From Candidatus Doudnabacteria bacterium (GTDB lineage: Bacteria > Patescibacteriota > Doudnabacteria > UBA920), in the NCBI GenBank assembly GCA_016218585.1, contig JACRDK010000004.1, forward strand, positions 21,347 through 85,346: a stretch of 64,000 bases of DNA, in the 5' to 3' direction. The position numbers were made by a program, and so were the translations under genes. Under the pieces are notes generated by a model, which had not been told where the DNA came from, did no database searches, and saw only the letters and a list, made by a program, of their open reading frames with translations. Below, piece after piece: positions 20,230-29,192 of this stretch (position 1 is the first letter of the stretch; every line of letters begins with the position of its first letter).

Positions 20230-20403
20230 ATGCCCAGAATGTGCACAGTATGCGGCAAAACTTATTCCCGCACTATAAAACGCTCTCACAGTATGCGCCC
20301 TTCTATTGTTAGACTTTTACCAAATTTACAGTATACGGTAATTGGCGGCAAAAGAGTAAAGGCTTGCACCCGCTGTATTAAGACGAAAAGCAAGAGCAAA
20401 TAG
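20230..20403 (+). CDS. rpmB: 50S ribosomal protein L28 (57 aa, absent from ORF track)
   Basis: Manual translation MPRMCTVCGK...RSHS...PNLQ...KACTRCIKT. Confidence 0.9.
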   Translation: MPRMCTVCGKTYSRTIKRSHSMRPSIVRLLPNLQYTVIGGKRVKACTRCIKTKSKSK

Positions 20404-20411
20404 TTTAAATT

Positions 20412-20446
20412 AAAATCCTCTCCCGTTTATGGGAGAGGATTTTTTT
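20412..20446. terminator. Bidirectional intrinsic terminator
   Basis: AAAATCCTCTCCC...GGGAGAGGATTTT. Confidence 0.75.
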
Positions 20447-20451
20447 GTTGA

Positions 20452-21486
20452 TTATTTTAAAACAATTTTACTCTCTTTATCTTGCGGCACCAGCTCTATC
20501 CAAATTGGCCCGCGGTTAAAGGCAACCTCCTGGCCGGCTTCGTTATAATAATGAGTGCGGTTATTTTGCTTTTTCCAGGTTCCTATTATTTCTTTGCCAT
20601 CTTGCAGAATTATAGCCTTACCGCCGGAGTCCATATCTATATTTACATGCAATAAGGGGTCTTTAGGCACTGGGGTGACATTTACAATCTGTGCCACCAC
20701 ATTTTTGGCGGTAATTTGTTTTTTTGCCGCCTCATCCATATGGGCTTCAAAATACTGCAAACGTTTATAGCTATTTGTTAGCGCATCGTACTGCCAGCCA
20801 ACTTCATAGCCGGCGCGGGAGAAATCAATATTCAGCTCTTTTGCGGTTGCCATATCTGCCGGTTGATCACTTTTAAATTTCCAAGCGGTATAAATAGCGG
20901 TGTTGGAAAAGTCGTGAAATTTAATTAGTTCGCGCAACTTTTCCACCGAAGTAAAAATATGGTGCGGTTGAGGCTTATAATTATTGCGAGGGAAAAAATC
21001 AAAATTATAATATTCGTTGGCGTCGCTTAAATTTTTAAAATAATTATTTTTCAACTGATTTATAACTTCGTTCGAACCGCCAACGTGGGCAAACAACGCG
21101 CCCCACTCGTCGGCGATTTCCGCAAAATATTCACGCGCGCTCCTAACCGGGCCAATTGCCTTGGCCTGGCTTGACTGGAAAATGGCCAAAAATCTGGTAA
21201 TGCCGCCTTCGGCCAAAGTTTCGTAAACCACATCTGCCGAAGACAAACCGGACTGCGGCCGTGCGTCGGGATGGTTTTCTATAATTACCGCCAAAGGCCT
21301 TGCTGCGGCAAGCTCTTTATTTACAGGCACTCCGTTAATTGCCTCAAGCTTTTCCTCGGCCTGTTGGTTGCCGGCAGCCTGAACATTTTGAGAGCTTTGA
21401 GGGTTTGTTTTTTTACGCCAAAAAACCCCGACCAAAATAGCCGATACTAAAATTAATATCGTAAAAATTAAAACAATTTTTTTCAT
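20452..21486 (-). CDS. DUF3048 (YerB-like) domain protein, membrane anchored
   Basis: IENHPDARPQSGL, EGGITRF, IGPVRSAR motifs. Confidence 0.88.
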   Translation of the reverse strand: MKKIVLIFTILILVSAILVGVFWRKKTNPQSSQNVQAAGNQQAEEKLEAINGVPVNKELAAARPLAVIIENHPDARPQSGLSSADVVYETLAEGGITRFLAIFQSSQAKAIGPVRSAREYFAEIADEWGALFAHVGGSNEVINQLKNNYFKNLSDANEYYNFDFFPRNNYKPQPHHIFTSVEKLRELIKFHDFSNTAIYTAWKFKSDQPADMATAKELNIDFSRAGYEVGWQYDALTNSYKRLQYFEAHMDEAAKKQITAKNVVAQIVNVTPVPKDPLLHVNIDMDSGGKAIILQDGKEIIGTWKKQNNRTHYYNEAGQEVAFNRGPIWIELVPQDKESKIVLK

Positions 21487-21489
21487 AAT

Positions 21490-21675
21490 TTATATAACTT
21501 CGGCGTCTTCGGCTTCTATGGTCGTATTCGGATGCTCGTAAGCCTGTTCGTGATGCCCGTCGCCGCAATGGCAAACCGTCAGCGGCTGGTGGTACTTAAT
21601 ACAACTTTGATTGTTGCAGGTACCCGGGATTTCCGAATACTCACCGCATCCGCCAGTGCAAATGTAGTGGGTCAT
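21490..21675 (-). CDS. Small Cys/His-rich putative metal-binding protein
   Basis: CTGGC, C..C, CHC.DGHH; tight packing with neighbours. Confidence 0.65.
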   Translation of the reverse strand: MTHYICTGGCGEYSEIPGTCNNQSCIKYHQPLTVCHCGDGHHEQAYEHPNTTIEAEDAEVI

Positions 21676-21683
21676 ATTTTATT

Positions 21684-22151
21684 TTAATTTTTAACTTTTT
21701 CTTTCCAGGACTCTAACTTTGCGCCAATATTTAATACCAGCGCAATCAACACTAAATTTTTAATTATATATTGCCCTTCCATAGTCGGGGTTAAAAATCC
21801 CTGCCAGGTAACCTGGGGCAAAAACAATAAAGGCATAAAGGTCGTCCCCATATGCAAAACAAAAAGCAAAATAGTCAGCCGGTCAAATTTGGAAAACAAA
21901 AATAAAATTCCAATTAACATTTCATACAAACTGAAAAAAATAATAAACTGGTGGAAAGACAAGAATGGCAAAGTTTTTTCCTGCAATTCCATAACCAACG
22001 GATTGGCCGGACTAGTATCTAAAATTTTCAGTATTCCAAACCAAAAATAAACCACAAACAAAGCAAACCGGGCAAAATGAGGGTGAAATTTCCTAAAAAA
22101 GCTAATTAAACTATGGTCAAATTCTTGTAATTTTGTGTTCATATTATGCAT
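21684..22151 (-). CDS. DoxX/YkgB-like membrane protein
   Basis: YFWFGILK, EMLIG, PTMEGQYIIKN. Confidence 0.8.
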   Translation of the reverse strand: MHNMNTKLQEFDHSLISFFRKFHPHFARFALFVVYFWFGILKILDTSPANPLVMELQEKTLPFLSFHQFIIFFSLYEMLIGILFLFSKFDRLTILLFVLHMGTTFMPLLFLPQVTWQGFLTPTMEGQYIIKNLVLIALVLNIGAKLESWKEKVKN

Positions 22152-22301
22152 TATGGATTACCCATATATTATAGCAAATAATTAAACGCGCTACTTAAGG
22201 GGTTTTATTTTTTAGGGATTTCTGCTAAACTATCCAAGAAAGTTAAATGTTTTACAAAAAAATATATTTAACGGGCTGTAGTTAAAATATTTACATCTAC
22301 A

Positions 22302-22375
22302 CGGGATATAGTATAGTGGCAGTACGCGTGCATGGGGTGCATGTAGTCCCGGTTCGATTCCGGGTATCCCGACCA
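22302..22375 (+). tRNA. tRNA-Pro(GGG)
   Basis: Cloverleaf CGGGATA/TATCCCG, anticodon loop ATGGGGT, GGTTCGATTCC, CCA encoded. Confidence 0.93.
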
Positions 22376-22489
22376 AAAAAAGATTACACTTTAGTGTGGT
22401 CTTTTTTTGTTTGTACAAAGTGAAAGCTCGCCGTCCGGGAAGGAACGGCGAGCTTATTGCGTGCAGCTGTTGCTGCGGTTGATGATGAG

Positions 22490-22663
22490 TCAGCCTTGGG
22501 CTTGCGCCGCGGGCTGGGATTTTCCCTCCGTTGAAAGCGGAGACTGACCATCTCGAGTCAAGAGCGCCTTACACTTGGTGCATTCAAACCCGTGTGGGGT
22601 TTCTGTGTGAACCCGTTCTTGATCGCATTGACAGCAAAACAACATTGCGTCCATTTGCCGCAT
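22490..22663 (-). CDS. Small zinc-ribbon-like protein (57 aa, absent from ORF track)
   Basis: Manual translation MRQMDAMLFCCQCDQERVH...FECTKCKALL; AGGAG upstream; terminator at 22424-22455. Confidence 0.5.
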   Translation of the reverse strand: MRQMDAMLFCCQCDQERVHTETPHGFECTKCKALLTRDGQSPLSTEGKSQPAAQAQG

Positions 22664-22672
22664 CTAACGCTC

Positions 22673-22906
22673 CTAGGCGACTGAAGCCGCTTGTTCGAAC
22701 ATCCTTTGCAAGGTTGATTCCCTCGCTCTGCCGGAACGCTTGGATACCACCAAGCATCTCCAGCAAATCTTAAACGTACCGTGACAATCACGAACGCTGA
22801 CGAAAGTCCGAGCCGCCCTGGCGCAGTGTGGGCAATGCATCGCAGGCAACTCTTTAGAAATAACCTCATCAACCTCCATCTGGAGGCCAAAAATAACAAC
22901 CTGCAC
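22673..22906 (-). CDS. Small zinc-ribbon-like protein
   Basis: CPHC...CWRC; AAGGGG upstream of GTG. Confidence 0.5.
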   Translation of the reverse strand: MQVVIFGLQMEVDEVISKELPAMHCPHCARAARTFVSVRDCHGTFKICWRCLVVSKRSGRARESTLQRMFEQAASVA

Positions 22907-23206
22907 TTTTCAATCCCCCTTAACTCTTTAATTCTAACCAACAATACATTTCCGATATAATCAGAAAATAATTGCTATCTAGAATCCCATTTTAAAACCC
23001 TAAAGTTTTTAGCTTTAGGGTTAAGGTGTAAGAAATCTTTTGGTAAAAATCTGTAAACGCCTATTCCCTAAATAACCCTGCCAAAACAATGGCCTTAGTA
23101 AAGACCGGGAGGGTATTAATGGAATTGTGGCGAAAATTCATCATATTGCAATTATATTACAACTTTATGCAAAATCCGTCAAATAGATTTTTCCACAATA
23201 AAAAAA

Positions 23207-23242
23207 TTGGTCAAATTTGGACGATCGTCCAAATTTGACCAA
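23207..23242. repeat. Perfect 36-bp palindrome just downstream of parB
   Basis: TTGGTCAAATTTGGACGA|TCGTCCAAATTTGACCAA. Confidence 0.9.
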
Positions 23243-23257
23243 AATATAATCTTAAAT

Positions 23258-24229
23258 TTAAACAGTTAAATACGGCAAGCCGGAAGCTGACTGTTCCGTG
23301 GCCATTTTGTGAACCAAGTCAGAAAGCTCCTCATCGCTAAAGAACTCAATAGTAATTTTTCCGCCCTGGCCTTGGCGCTGAATTTTCACCTGGGTACCAA
23401 GCTTGCCACGGAGTTCTGTTTCCAGTGCCATTAACTTTGGATCCGGAGCGGCTGAGTCCATTTGCCTCTTGGTGGTAAGCTCGCGAACCTTAGCTTCCAC
23501 TTGGCGGACATTTAAATTCTGTTCCTGCACCATTTTATACATTAACAGCATTTTTTCGGGGTCGAGCAGGCCTAAAATTGCGCGGGCGTGCCCTTCCATA
23601 ATTTTACCTTCAATAACGCCACGCTGAATTTCCGCCGGCAAGTTTAACAAACGCACGGTATTGGCAACTGCCGGACGGCTCTTACCGACCTTCTTAGCTA
23701 CCTGTTCCTGCGTCATATTAAAAGTCTTCATTAGCCTCTCATAGGCTTGAGCTTCTTCAATCGGATTCAATTCCTGGCGCTGAATATTTTCAATAAGAGC
23801 AACTTCCAATTTCGTCTGGTCAACCATTGCGTCTTTAATAATAGCAGGCACCAATTGCATACCGGCTAATTGGGAAGCGCGAAAACGCCTTTCCCCTACC
23901 ACTAATTCATACCCAATTGGGGTTTTAGTAACAACTAACGGCTGAATGACGCCATGTTCTTTTATGGAATCGGCTAATTCTTTTAATGCAGCGGGGTCAA
24001 AAGTTTTTCTTGGCTGAAAAGGGTTTGGGGCAATTTTTGCCACTTCAATTTCCTGAATCTGAGCGTCTGCATAAGACACCCTGCCCTGCTCCGGCGTAAC
24101 CTGAGGCATTGGCACCGGCGGATTTACTATCGCATTTTCGGCAACAGCCACAGGGCTGGCAGAAGTTGGCAGCACTGACCCGTCTAAAGACTGAATTGTG
24201 ATTTTTGGTTGAGAGTTTATTTCGTCCAT
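23258..24229 (-). CDS. parB: ParB/Spo0J chromosome partitioning protein
   Basis: PNPFQPRKTF, GVIQP, GERRFRA, ENIQRQELNPIEEA, HTH KSRPAVANTVRLL. Confidence 0.96.
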   Translation of the reverse strand: MDEINSQPKITIQSLDGSVLPTSASPVAVAENAIVNPPVPMPQVTPEQGRVSYADAQIQEIEVAKIAPNPFQPRKTFDPAALKELADSIKEHGVIQPLVVTKTPIGYELVVGERRFRASQLAGMQLVPAIIKDAMVDQTKLEVALIENIQRQELNPIEEAQAYERLMKTFNMTQEQVAKKVGKSRPAVANTVRLLNLPAEIQRGVIEGKIMEGHARAILGLLDPEKMLLMYKMVQEQNLNVRQVEAKVRELTTKRQMDSAAPDPKLMALETELRGKLGTQVKIQRQGQGGKITIEFFSDEELSDLVHKMATEQSASGLPYLTV

Positions 24230-24314
24230 AAGTGTATTATTTACTTAAAAAGTCTATCAAATTTATGGCCCTAACGCAAACCTCCTATAACAATTCACTT
24301 TTCTGATGTTTGCC

Positions 24315-24374
24315 GTAGTCTGCCGATTTATCGGCCATGCAACACGGTTATAGCCTGATAAATCAGGCAACTAC
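24315..24374. repeat. REP doublet (REPIN-like) of the RAYT-associated family
   Basis: GTAGTCTGCCGATTTATCGGC identical to 32878-32898, paired with inverted GCCTGATAAATCAGGCAACTAC. Confidence 0.85.
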
Positions 24375-24453
24375 GACTACGACACCTTTAGGATACACCC
24401 TTGAGCCTTTACGGGTAATTTCTTTTCTGCTAAAATAAATTAGTTTTCAATTC

Positions 24454-24506
24454 GGCCGAGTGGTGGAATGGCAGACCTGCCTACCGGCAGGCAGGCACAA
24501 ACGACT
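24454..24506 (+). pseudogene. Duplicated 5' 33 nt of tRNA-Leu, interrupted by a 20-bp palindrome
   Basis: GGCCGAGTGGTGGAATGGCAGA[CCTGCCTACCGGCAGGCAGG]CACAAACGACT versus the intact tRNA at 24759. Confidence 0.88.
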
Positions 24507-24520
24507 AATCTGTATAATAT

Positions 24521-24808
24521 ATGTACACAGTTTATGCTATAAGTAGCTTAACTAAGAATTACATATACGTAGGTCTAACAGATAATATTCTCAGGAGATT
24601 TACTCAGCATAATCAAGGCTGGGTAAAAACAACAAGAAGCTATAAACCTTTTAAGCTCTTATATACGGAAAACGTTCCTAACCGTATATCTGCTAGAGCA
24701 AGAGAGAAATACTTAAAGAGCGGCATAGGAAAAGAATTTTTAAAAAGTTTATTGATAAGGCCGAGTGGTGGAATGGCAGACACAAACGACTCAAAATCGT
24801 TCGCTTAA
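24521..24808 (+). CDS. Stand-alone GIY-YIG nuclease (UPF0213-like); 3' end runs into the tRNA
   Basis: MYTVYAI...YIYVGLT...RRFTQHN...AREKYLKSG.G. Confidence 0.92.
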   Translation: MYTVYAISSLTKNYIYVGLTDNILRRFTQHNQGWVKTTRSYKPFKLLYTENVPNRISARAREKYLKSGIGKEFLKSLLIRPSGGMADTNDSKSFA

Positions 24809-24842
24809 CGGCATGAGGGTTCGACTCCCTCCTCGGCCACCA
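24759..24842 (+). tRNA. tRNA-Leu(CAA)
   Basis: GGCCGAG/CTCGGCC acceptor, AACGA-CTCAAAA-TCGTT anticodon arm, variable arm, CCA. Confidence 0.95.
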
Positions 24843-24870
24843 AAAAACATCCCTATAACAGGGATGTTTT

Positions 24871-25398
24871 TTAATGGAGAACAATTGGCCAAATCCAACC
24901 CATCGCTACCCAGGCTGCGAGCAATCCCACCAGCCAGCCGGCTAAAATGTCCGAAATATAATGATACCCCAATACAATTCTGGACAGCCCATTAAAAATG
25001 GCAATAATTATTATTACCCCACCAAGCAACGGAAAAAATATAACCAACGGGGCCGCGATTGAAGCAAAACTCGCAGCATGATCAGAAGGAAAAGAATTAT
25101 ATCTCGCGGTGATATTAGAAAACAACCAGGCATTATGAGGCGGCACAAAATTTAACTTTTGGTACGGACGCTGCCTCTTATAAACCAAAAAAACCAGCGG
25201 ATTAATTATAATCCTCGCCAAAACAAAAGACACCAGCAACAAAATAAGTTCTTTATATTTTCCTAAAACTAAAAGATACAATCCGGCGGCGTAAATTAAC
25301 AACAGTGAATAAAGGCCAAAAAATACAACAATACTTTTCAGCATGGAATTTTCTTCCAGCTTTTTATGCCAACTCAAATATGTTTTATTGGATATCAT
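24871..25398 (-). CDS. PAP2-family phosphatase (BcrC-like undecaprenyl-PP phosphatase)
   Basis: KRQRPY, SFPSDH, SRIVLGYHYISD. Confidence 0.9.
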   Translation of the reverse strand: MISNKTYLSWHKKLEENSMLKSIVVFFGLYSLLLIYAAGLYLLVLGKYKELILLLVSFVLARIIINPLVFLVYKRQRPYQKLNFVPPHNAWLFSNITARYNSFPSDHAASFASIAAPLVIFFPLLGGVIIIIAIFNGLSRIVLGYHYISDILAGWLVGLLAAWVAMGWIWPIVLH

Positions 25399-26204
25399 TT
25401 TCTTAGGAAGTAAACTGCCAAAATTAATGCGGTTAAAGCTAAGCGGTACCAAACAAAAATCTTAAAACCATGTTTAGACAAATATTGCAACAAATACTTT
25501 ATGGATAAAAATCCAAAAAAAGCGGCGGAAACAAAACCGACAATTAGCTCCTGAGTTGTAACCCCGGTATGAAAGTTTTTAATATTTGCCAAACCGGCCC
25601 CAAAAATTATTGGGATAGACATTAAAAAAGAAAATCTCGCCGCATCTTCGCGCTTAAAACCTAAAAACATTCCTGCAGCCATTGTGCTGCCGCTGCGCGA
25701 AACTCCCGGGATTATCGCCAGCGCTTGTGAAAGACCAACCCACAAAGCATCCATCCATGCAATTCTGTCTAAGTTCTTTTGCTTGGCGCCAACCCAATCC
25801 ACCCACCAAATAATTAGCCCGAAGGAAGACAAAGTTATGGCAATTAACAACGGATTTCTAAAGACGGTCTCTGCTTTTTGTTCAAGCAACTTGCCAATTA
25901 TTGCGCCCGGCACAGAAGCAATAATTAACAGCCAGGCTAATTTTTGGTAGATGTTGTTCTGGAGATTTCTGGTTGATTTAAACAGGCTATGCCAAAAACC
26001 TTTTATTAGCAACCAAACATCGTTTCTAAAATAAACCAAAACCGCCAGGAGCGTTCCCCAGTGGAGCGCAACGTCAAAACCCAAGCCCGGATCATTCCAT
26101 TTAAAAAACCATGGCGCCAAAATTAAATGTGCGGAAGAAGAAATCGGTAAAAATTCCCCGAGTCCCTGAACCAAACCTAAAACTGCTGATTGAAAAATTG
26201 TCAT
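25395..26204 (-). CDS. uppP: Undecaprenyl-diphosphate phosphatase
   Basis: QGLGEFLPISSSAH, PGVSRSGST, AARFSFL. Confidence 0.97.
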   Translation of the reverse strand: MTIFQSAVLGLVQGLGEFLPISSSAHLILAPWFFKWNDPGLGFDVALHWGTLLAVLVYFRNDVWLLIKGFWHSLFKSTRNLQNNIYQKLAWLLIIASVPGAIIGKLLEQKAETVFRNPLLIAITLSSFGLIIWWVDWVGAKQKNLDRIAWMDALWVGLSQALAIIPGVSRSGSTMAAGMFLGFKREDAARFSFLMSIPIIFGAGLANIKNFHTGVTTQELIVGFVSAAFFGFLSIKYLLQYLSKHGFKIFVWYRLALTALILAVYFLRK

Positions 26205-26221
26205 GATTTAACTTTTAATTA

Positions 26222-27472
26222 TTATTCCACCCCTGGAACCGGAAAGCGCAAAGCAAATTGTTTTACTTTTTCTTTAATTTCCGTTAGCTTATTTTCATCC
26301 GAACGGTTCATAAGAGCTTCGTCCATTAAGTCGGCCACGGTTTGCATGTCTTTTTCCATGCAGCCACGGGTAGTAACAGCCGGAGTACCAACGCGAATTC
26401 CGGAAGGATCCATTGGTTTTCTTGGGTCAAACGGAATCATATTCTTGTTTATGGATATACCAACATGTTCCAAACATTTTTCCGCTTCTTTTCCGGTAAT
26501 CTGCTTGCTTCCAAATAAATCTACCAACATTAAATGGTTGTCGGTGCCGCCGGAAACTATTCGGTATCCCTTGCCTTGCAAAGCGGTGGCAAGCGCTCGC
26601 GCATTCTTAATAATCTGCGCGGCGTAATTTGTAAATTCCGGTTTTAAGGCTTCTCCATAAGCTATGGCCTTGGCTGCGTTAATGTGATCATGCGGACCGC
26701 CCTGAACTCCCGGAAAGACGGCCTTGTCTATGGCGGAAGCAAATTGTTCTTTACACATAATCATCGCCCCGCGCGGACCTCTTAAAGTTTTATGGGTTGT
26801 GGTAGAAACTACGTCAAAATACGGTACCGGATTTTCTAATTGTTTGCCGGCAATAAGACCGGCCACATGGGCAATATCCGCAAAAGTAAACGCGCCAATT
26901 TTGTCCGCAATGGCTTTAAATCTTTTCCAGTCAAAATCCCTGGAGTAAGCGCTGAACCCCGCCAAGATCATTTTTGGTTTTTCTCTAAGAGCTATTTCTT
27001 CCACTTTATCCATATCTATGACTTCTGTTTCTTTTTCCGCGAAATACGGAATTATGGTATAAAGTTTTCCGCTAAAATTTAAAGGATGGCCATGGGAAAG
27101 ATGCCCGCCTTGGTCCAGGGAAAAACCCAAAACTTTATCGCCGGGGTTTAGCAAACCCATATACACGGCCAAGTTGGCCGGACTGCCGGAAAGAGGCTGG
27201 ACATTAACATGTTCGGCGTTAAATAGCTGTTTGGCGCGCTCTACCGCCAAACTTTCCACTTGGTCAATAATTTCATTTCCCCCGTAATATCTTTTTCCCG
27301 GATAGCCTTCGGAATATTTGTTGGTGAGAGTGGAACCCATTGCTTCAAGCACGGCACGGGAGACATAATTTTCAGAGGCGATTAATTCAATCCCCTCTTT
27401 TTGCCTCTGCTCTTCGCGCTTCATAATTTCATAAACCGCCGGGTCTTCTGTTTGTATTGTTGGATATATCAT
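26222..27472 (-). CDS. glyA: Serine hydroxymethyltransferase
   Basis: LIASEN, NKYSEGYPGKRYYGG, TTTHKTLRGPRG. Confidence 0.99.
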   Translation of the reverse strand: MIYPTIQTEDPAVYEIMKREEQRQKEGIELIASENYVSRAVLEAMGSTLTNKYSEGYPGKRYYGGNEIIDQVESLAVERAKQLFNAEHVNVQPLSGSPANLAVYMGLLNPGDKVLGFSLDQGGHLSHGHPLNFSGKLYTIIPYFAEKETEVIDMDKVEEIALREKPKMILAGFSAYSRDFDWKRFKAIADKIGAFTFADIAHVAGLIAGKQLENPVPYFDVVSTTTHKTLRGPRGAMIMCKEQFASAIDKAVFPGVQGGPHDHINAAKAIAYGEALKPEFTNYAAQIIKNARALATALQGKGYRIVSGGTDNHLMLVDLFGSKQITGKEAEKCLEHVGISINKNMIPFDPRKPMDPSGIRVGTPAVTTRGCMEKDMQTVADLMDEALMNRSDENKLTEIKEKVKQFALRFPVPGVE

Positions 27473-27577
27473 TTTGGTAGATTTAGTAATTAGTAAATAG
27501 TGCTAAGTGAATAGTAAATCCAAAACTACCACTGAATAATAAGATATTTAATTTGAAAATGATATTTATTCATTTTG

Positions 27578-28000
27578 TTAAAACTTAATTTCAAAAATAT
27601 TATTTGGCTTTGCTCCATAATCTGAATAACGAATCCAAACTGGAGATACTTTAAAAAATCGGGCTTCCAGCATTTCCGAAAATTTTAACTCAATAGGATT
27701 TTTCTGTATATGATACTTTAAATATGGTAAAAACTCCGTTTTTCCCAATTCCTTTGCCTCACCTTCATACTGAACTGTAATATTATTTTTACCGCCGAAT
27801 GTCAGTGCAACATTTGAATTTTGTTTTAAATCTTCATATTTACGGTAGCTTAATAAGGTTGTAAATATTATCTCTAAATCCCCCGTTTCAGAAAAATCTA
27901 TAACTGCCGATCTTGGCTTGTTCCCATGTAGGTAAGACAAAACAGCCAGATTTTCCTTTTTTAATAACTCTAAAACTTTTTCTTTTTGTTCCTGGTTCAT
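27578..28000 (-). CDS. Pyridoxamine 5'-phosphate oxidase-like FMN-binding protein
   Basis: RKYEDLKQNSNVAL, TVQYEGEA split-barrel pattern. Confidence 0.8.
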   Translation of the reverse strand: MNQEQKEKVLELLKKENLAVLSYLHGNKPRSAVIDFSETGDLEIIFTTLLSYRKYEDLKQNSNVALTFGGKNNITVQYEGEAKELGKTEFLPYLKYHIQKNPIELKFSEMLEARFFKVSPVWIRYSDYGAKPNNIFEIKF

Positions 28001-28034
28001 TTTCTTAAATCTTATATCCTAAATCTTAAATCTA

Positions 28035-29183
28035 TCAAATGTACATATAAAGCAAACTGTAAATTGCAGCTATTATAAATAATACCACAAAGCTTCCGGT
28101 GAAGCTAAAAAGCAGGGCGCCTATTAAGCAGGCAGACAGTTTGCCAATAGCCAGGCTTTGCTCAAAAAATACGGCATAAGGAACAATATGGGTCGCTTCC
28201 GCTCGCAGATAGGTTAAAGTTGAAAGCGGAATGAACAAAGTTTCTTTTGCCGCCTTTGAGGCAGAGTCAGATGCAAAAGCTGTTACAAAAGTTCCGGAAA
28301 AAATTCTGCCCAGCCAAAAAATTGAAGAAAAGAAAGCGCCTATTTTTACCAAAACTCGTTTGGTGTATTGGTCGGAGATTTTTCCCAAAAATAAAGCAAT
28401 CACCGCTGCCACAAAACTGGATGAAGCGGAAAGAAGACCGGTGTCTTTATAATCTTTTACAACTATAAAAATAAATATCGGCCAAATTGTTAAGACCAAA
28501 AGTTCTTCCCCAAAACCTATATATCCCAAAAATTTTCTTGGGTAATCTTTATACAGCTGCAAAGTGTCTTTAAAACTGTAAATTTTAGGAATAAAAATTT
28601 CTTTGGCCATTAAAAGCGGCACAATGCTTAAACAATAAATTACCGCCGCCAAAAGGAATGCGGAAGACAGCCCCATATACTGCGACAGAATTCCGCCAAT
28701 TAATGGTCCGCCTATTTGTGCAATGCTATTTATGGCGTAAGACATGCCAAATTCCCTACCCATTTGTTCGGTTTGGGAATAGCGGGCAATAACAGAATGA
28801 AAGCCTGGCCAATAAAAAGATTTTTGCAACCCAAACACCACCGCGGCAAGAAAAGCCGCGTTAGGATGGGTTGTAGAGGCAAGCAGAGCTAACCAGTAAA
28901 AAATCTGGAATGGTACCGAAAGGGCAATGCAATGCCTATATCCATAAACACTAGCGAACTTTCCGCCAAAAGGTATAAAAACAATATAGACCGCGTAAAC
29001 CACGGCCATAAACATTAAAACCTTGGGAATGCTAAAATGCAAAACACTAAACAAAAATATCGGCTCAAACAAAGTTATAACCGAGAGCGCAAAGTTGGAA
29101 ATAGCCGAGGAGGCATATAGTTGCCCCATTTCTTTGCGGACATTTTTGCTAAAGTAATGTGGTAGATGGAAATTTAAAAACAC
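28035..29183 (-). CDS. MFS transporter
   Basis: About 12 TM; GPLIGG and GKISD motifs. Confidence 0.85.
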   Translation of the reverse strand: MFLNFHLPHYFSKNVRKEMGQLYASSAISNFALSVITLFEPIFLFSVLHFSIPKVLMFMAVVYAVYIVFIPFGGKFASVYGYRHCIALSVPFQIFYWLALLASTTHPNAAFLAAVVFGLQKSFYWPGFHSVIARYSQTEQMGREFGMSYAINSIAQIGGPLIGGILSQYMGLSSAFLLAAVIYCLSIVPLLMAKEIFIPKIYSFKDTLQLYKDYPRKFLGYIGFGEELLVLTIWPIFIFIVVKDYKDTGLLSASSSFVAAVIALFLGKISDQYTKRVLVKIGAFFSSIFWLGRIFSGTFVTAFASDSASKAAKETLFIPLSTLTYLRAEATHIVPYAVFFEQSLAIGKLSACLIGALLFSFTGSFVVLFIIAAIYSLLYMYI

Positions 29184-29192
29184 GGAGGAAAT

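Noticed and set aside
22230-22418. 62-aa minus-strand ORF
   Set aside because: Antisense to tRNA-Pro
22558-22944. 128-aa minus-strand ORF
   Set aside because: Overlaps two better-supported CxxC ORFs that have SD-like sites
23160-24300. Replication origin near parB
   Set aside because: Only isolated imperfect DnaA-box-like words; no dnaA, dnaN, parA or box cluster
24454-24842. Group I intron with homing endonuclease in tRNA-Leu
   Set aside because: The downstream tRNA is complete and there is no room for a ribozyme core outside the ORF
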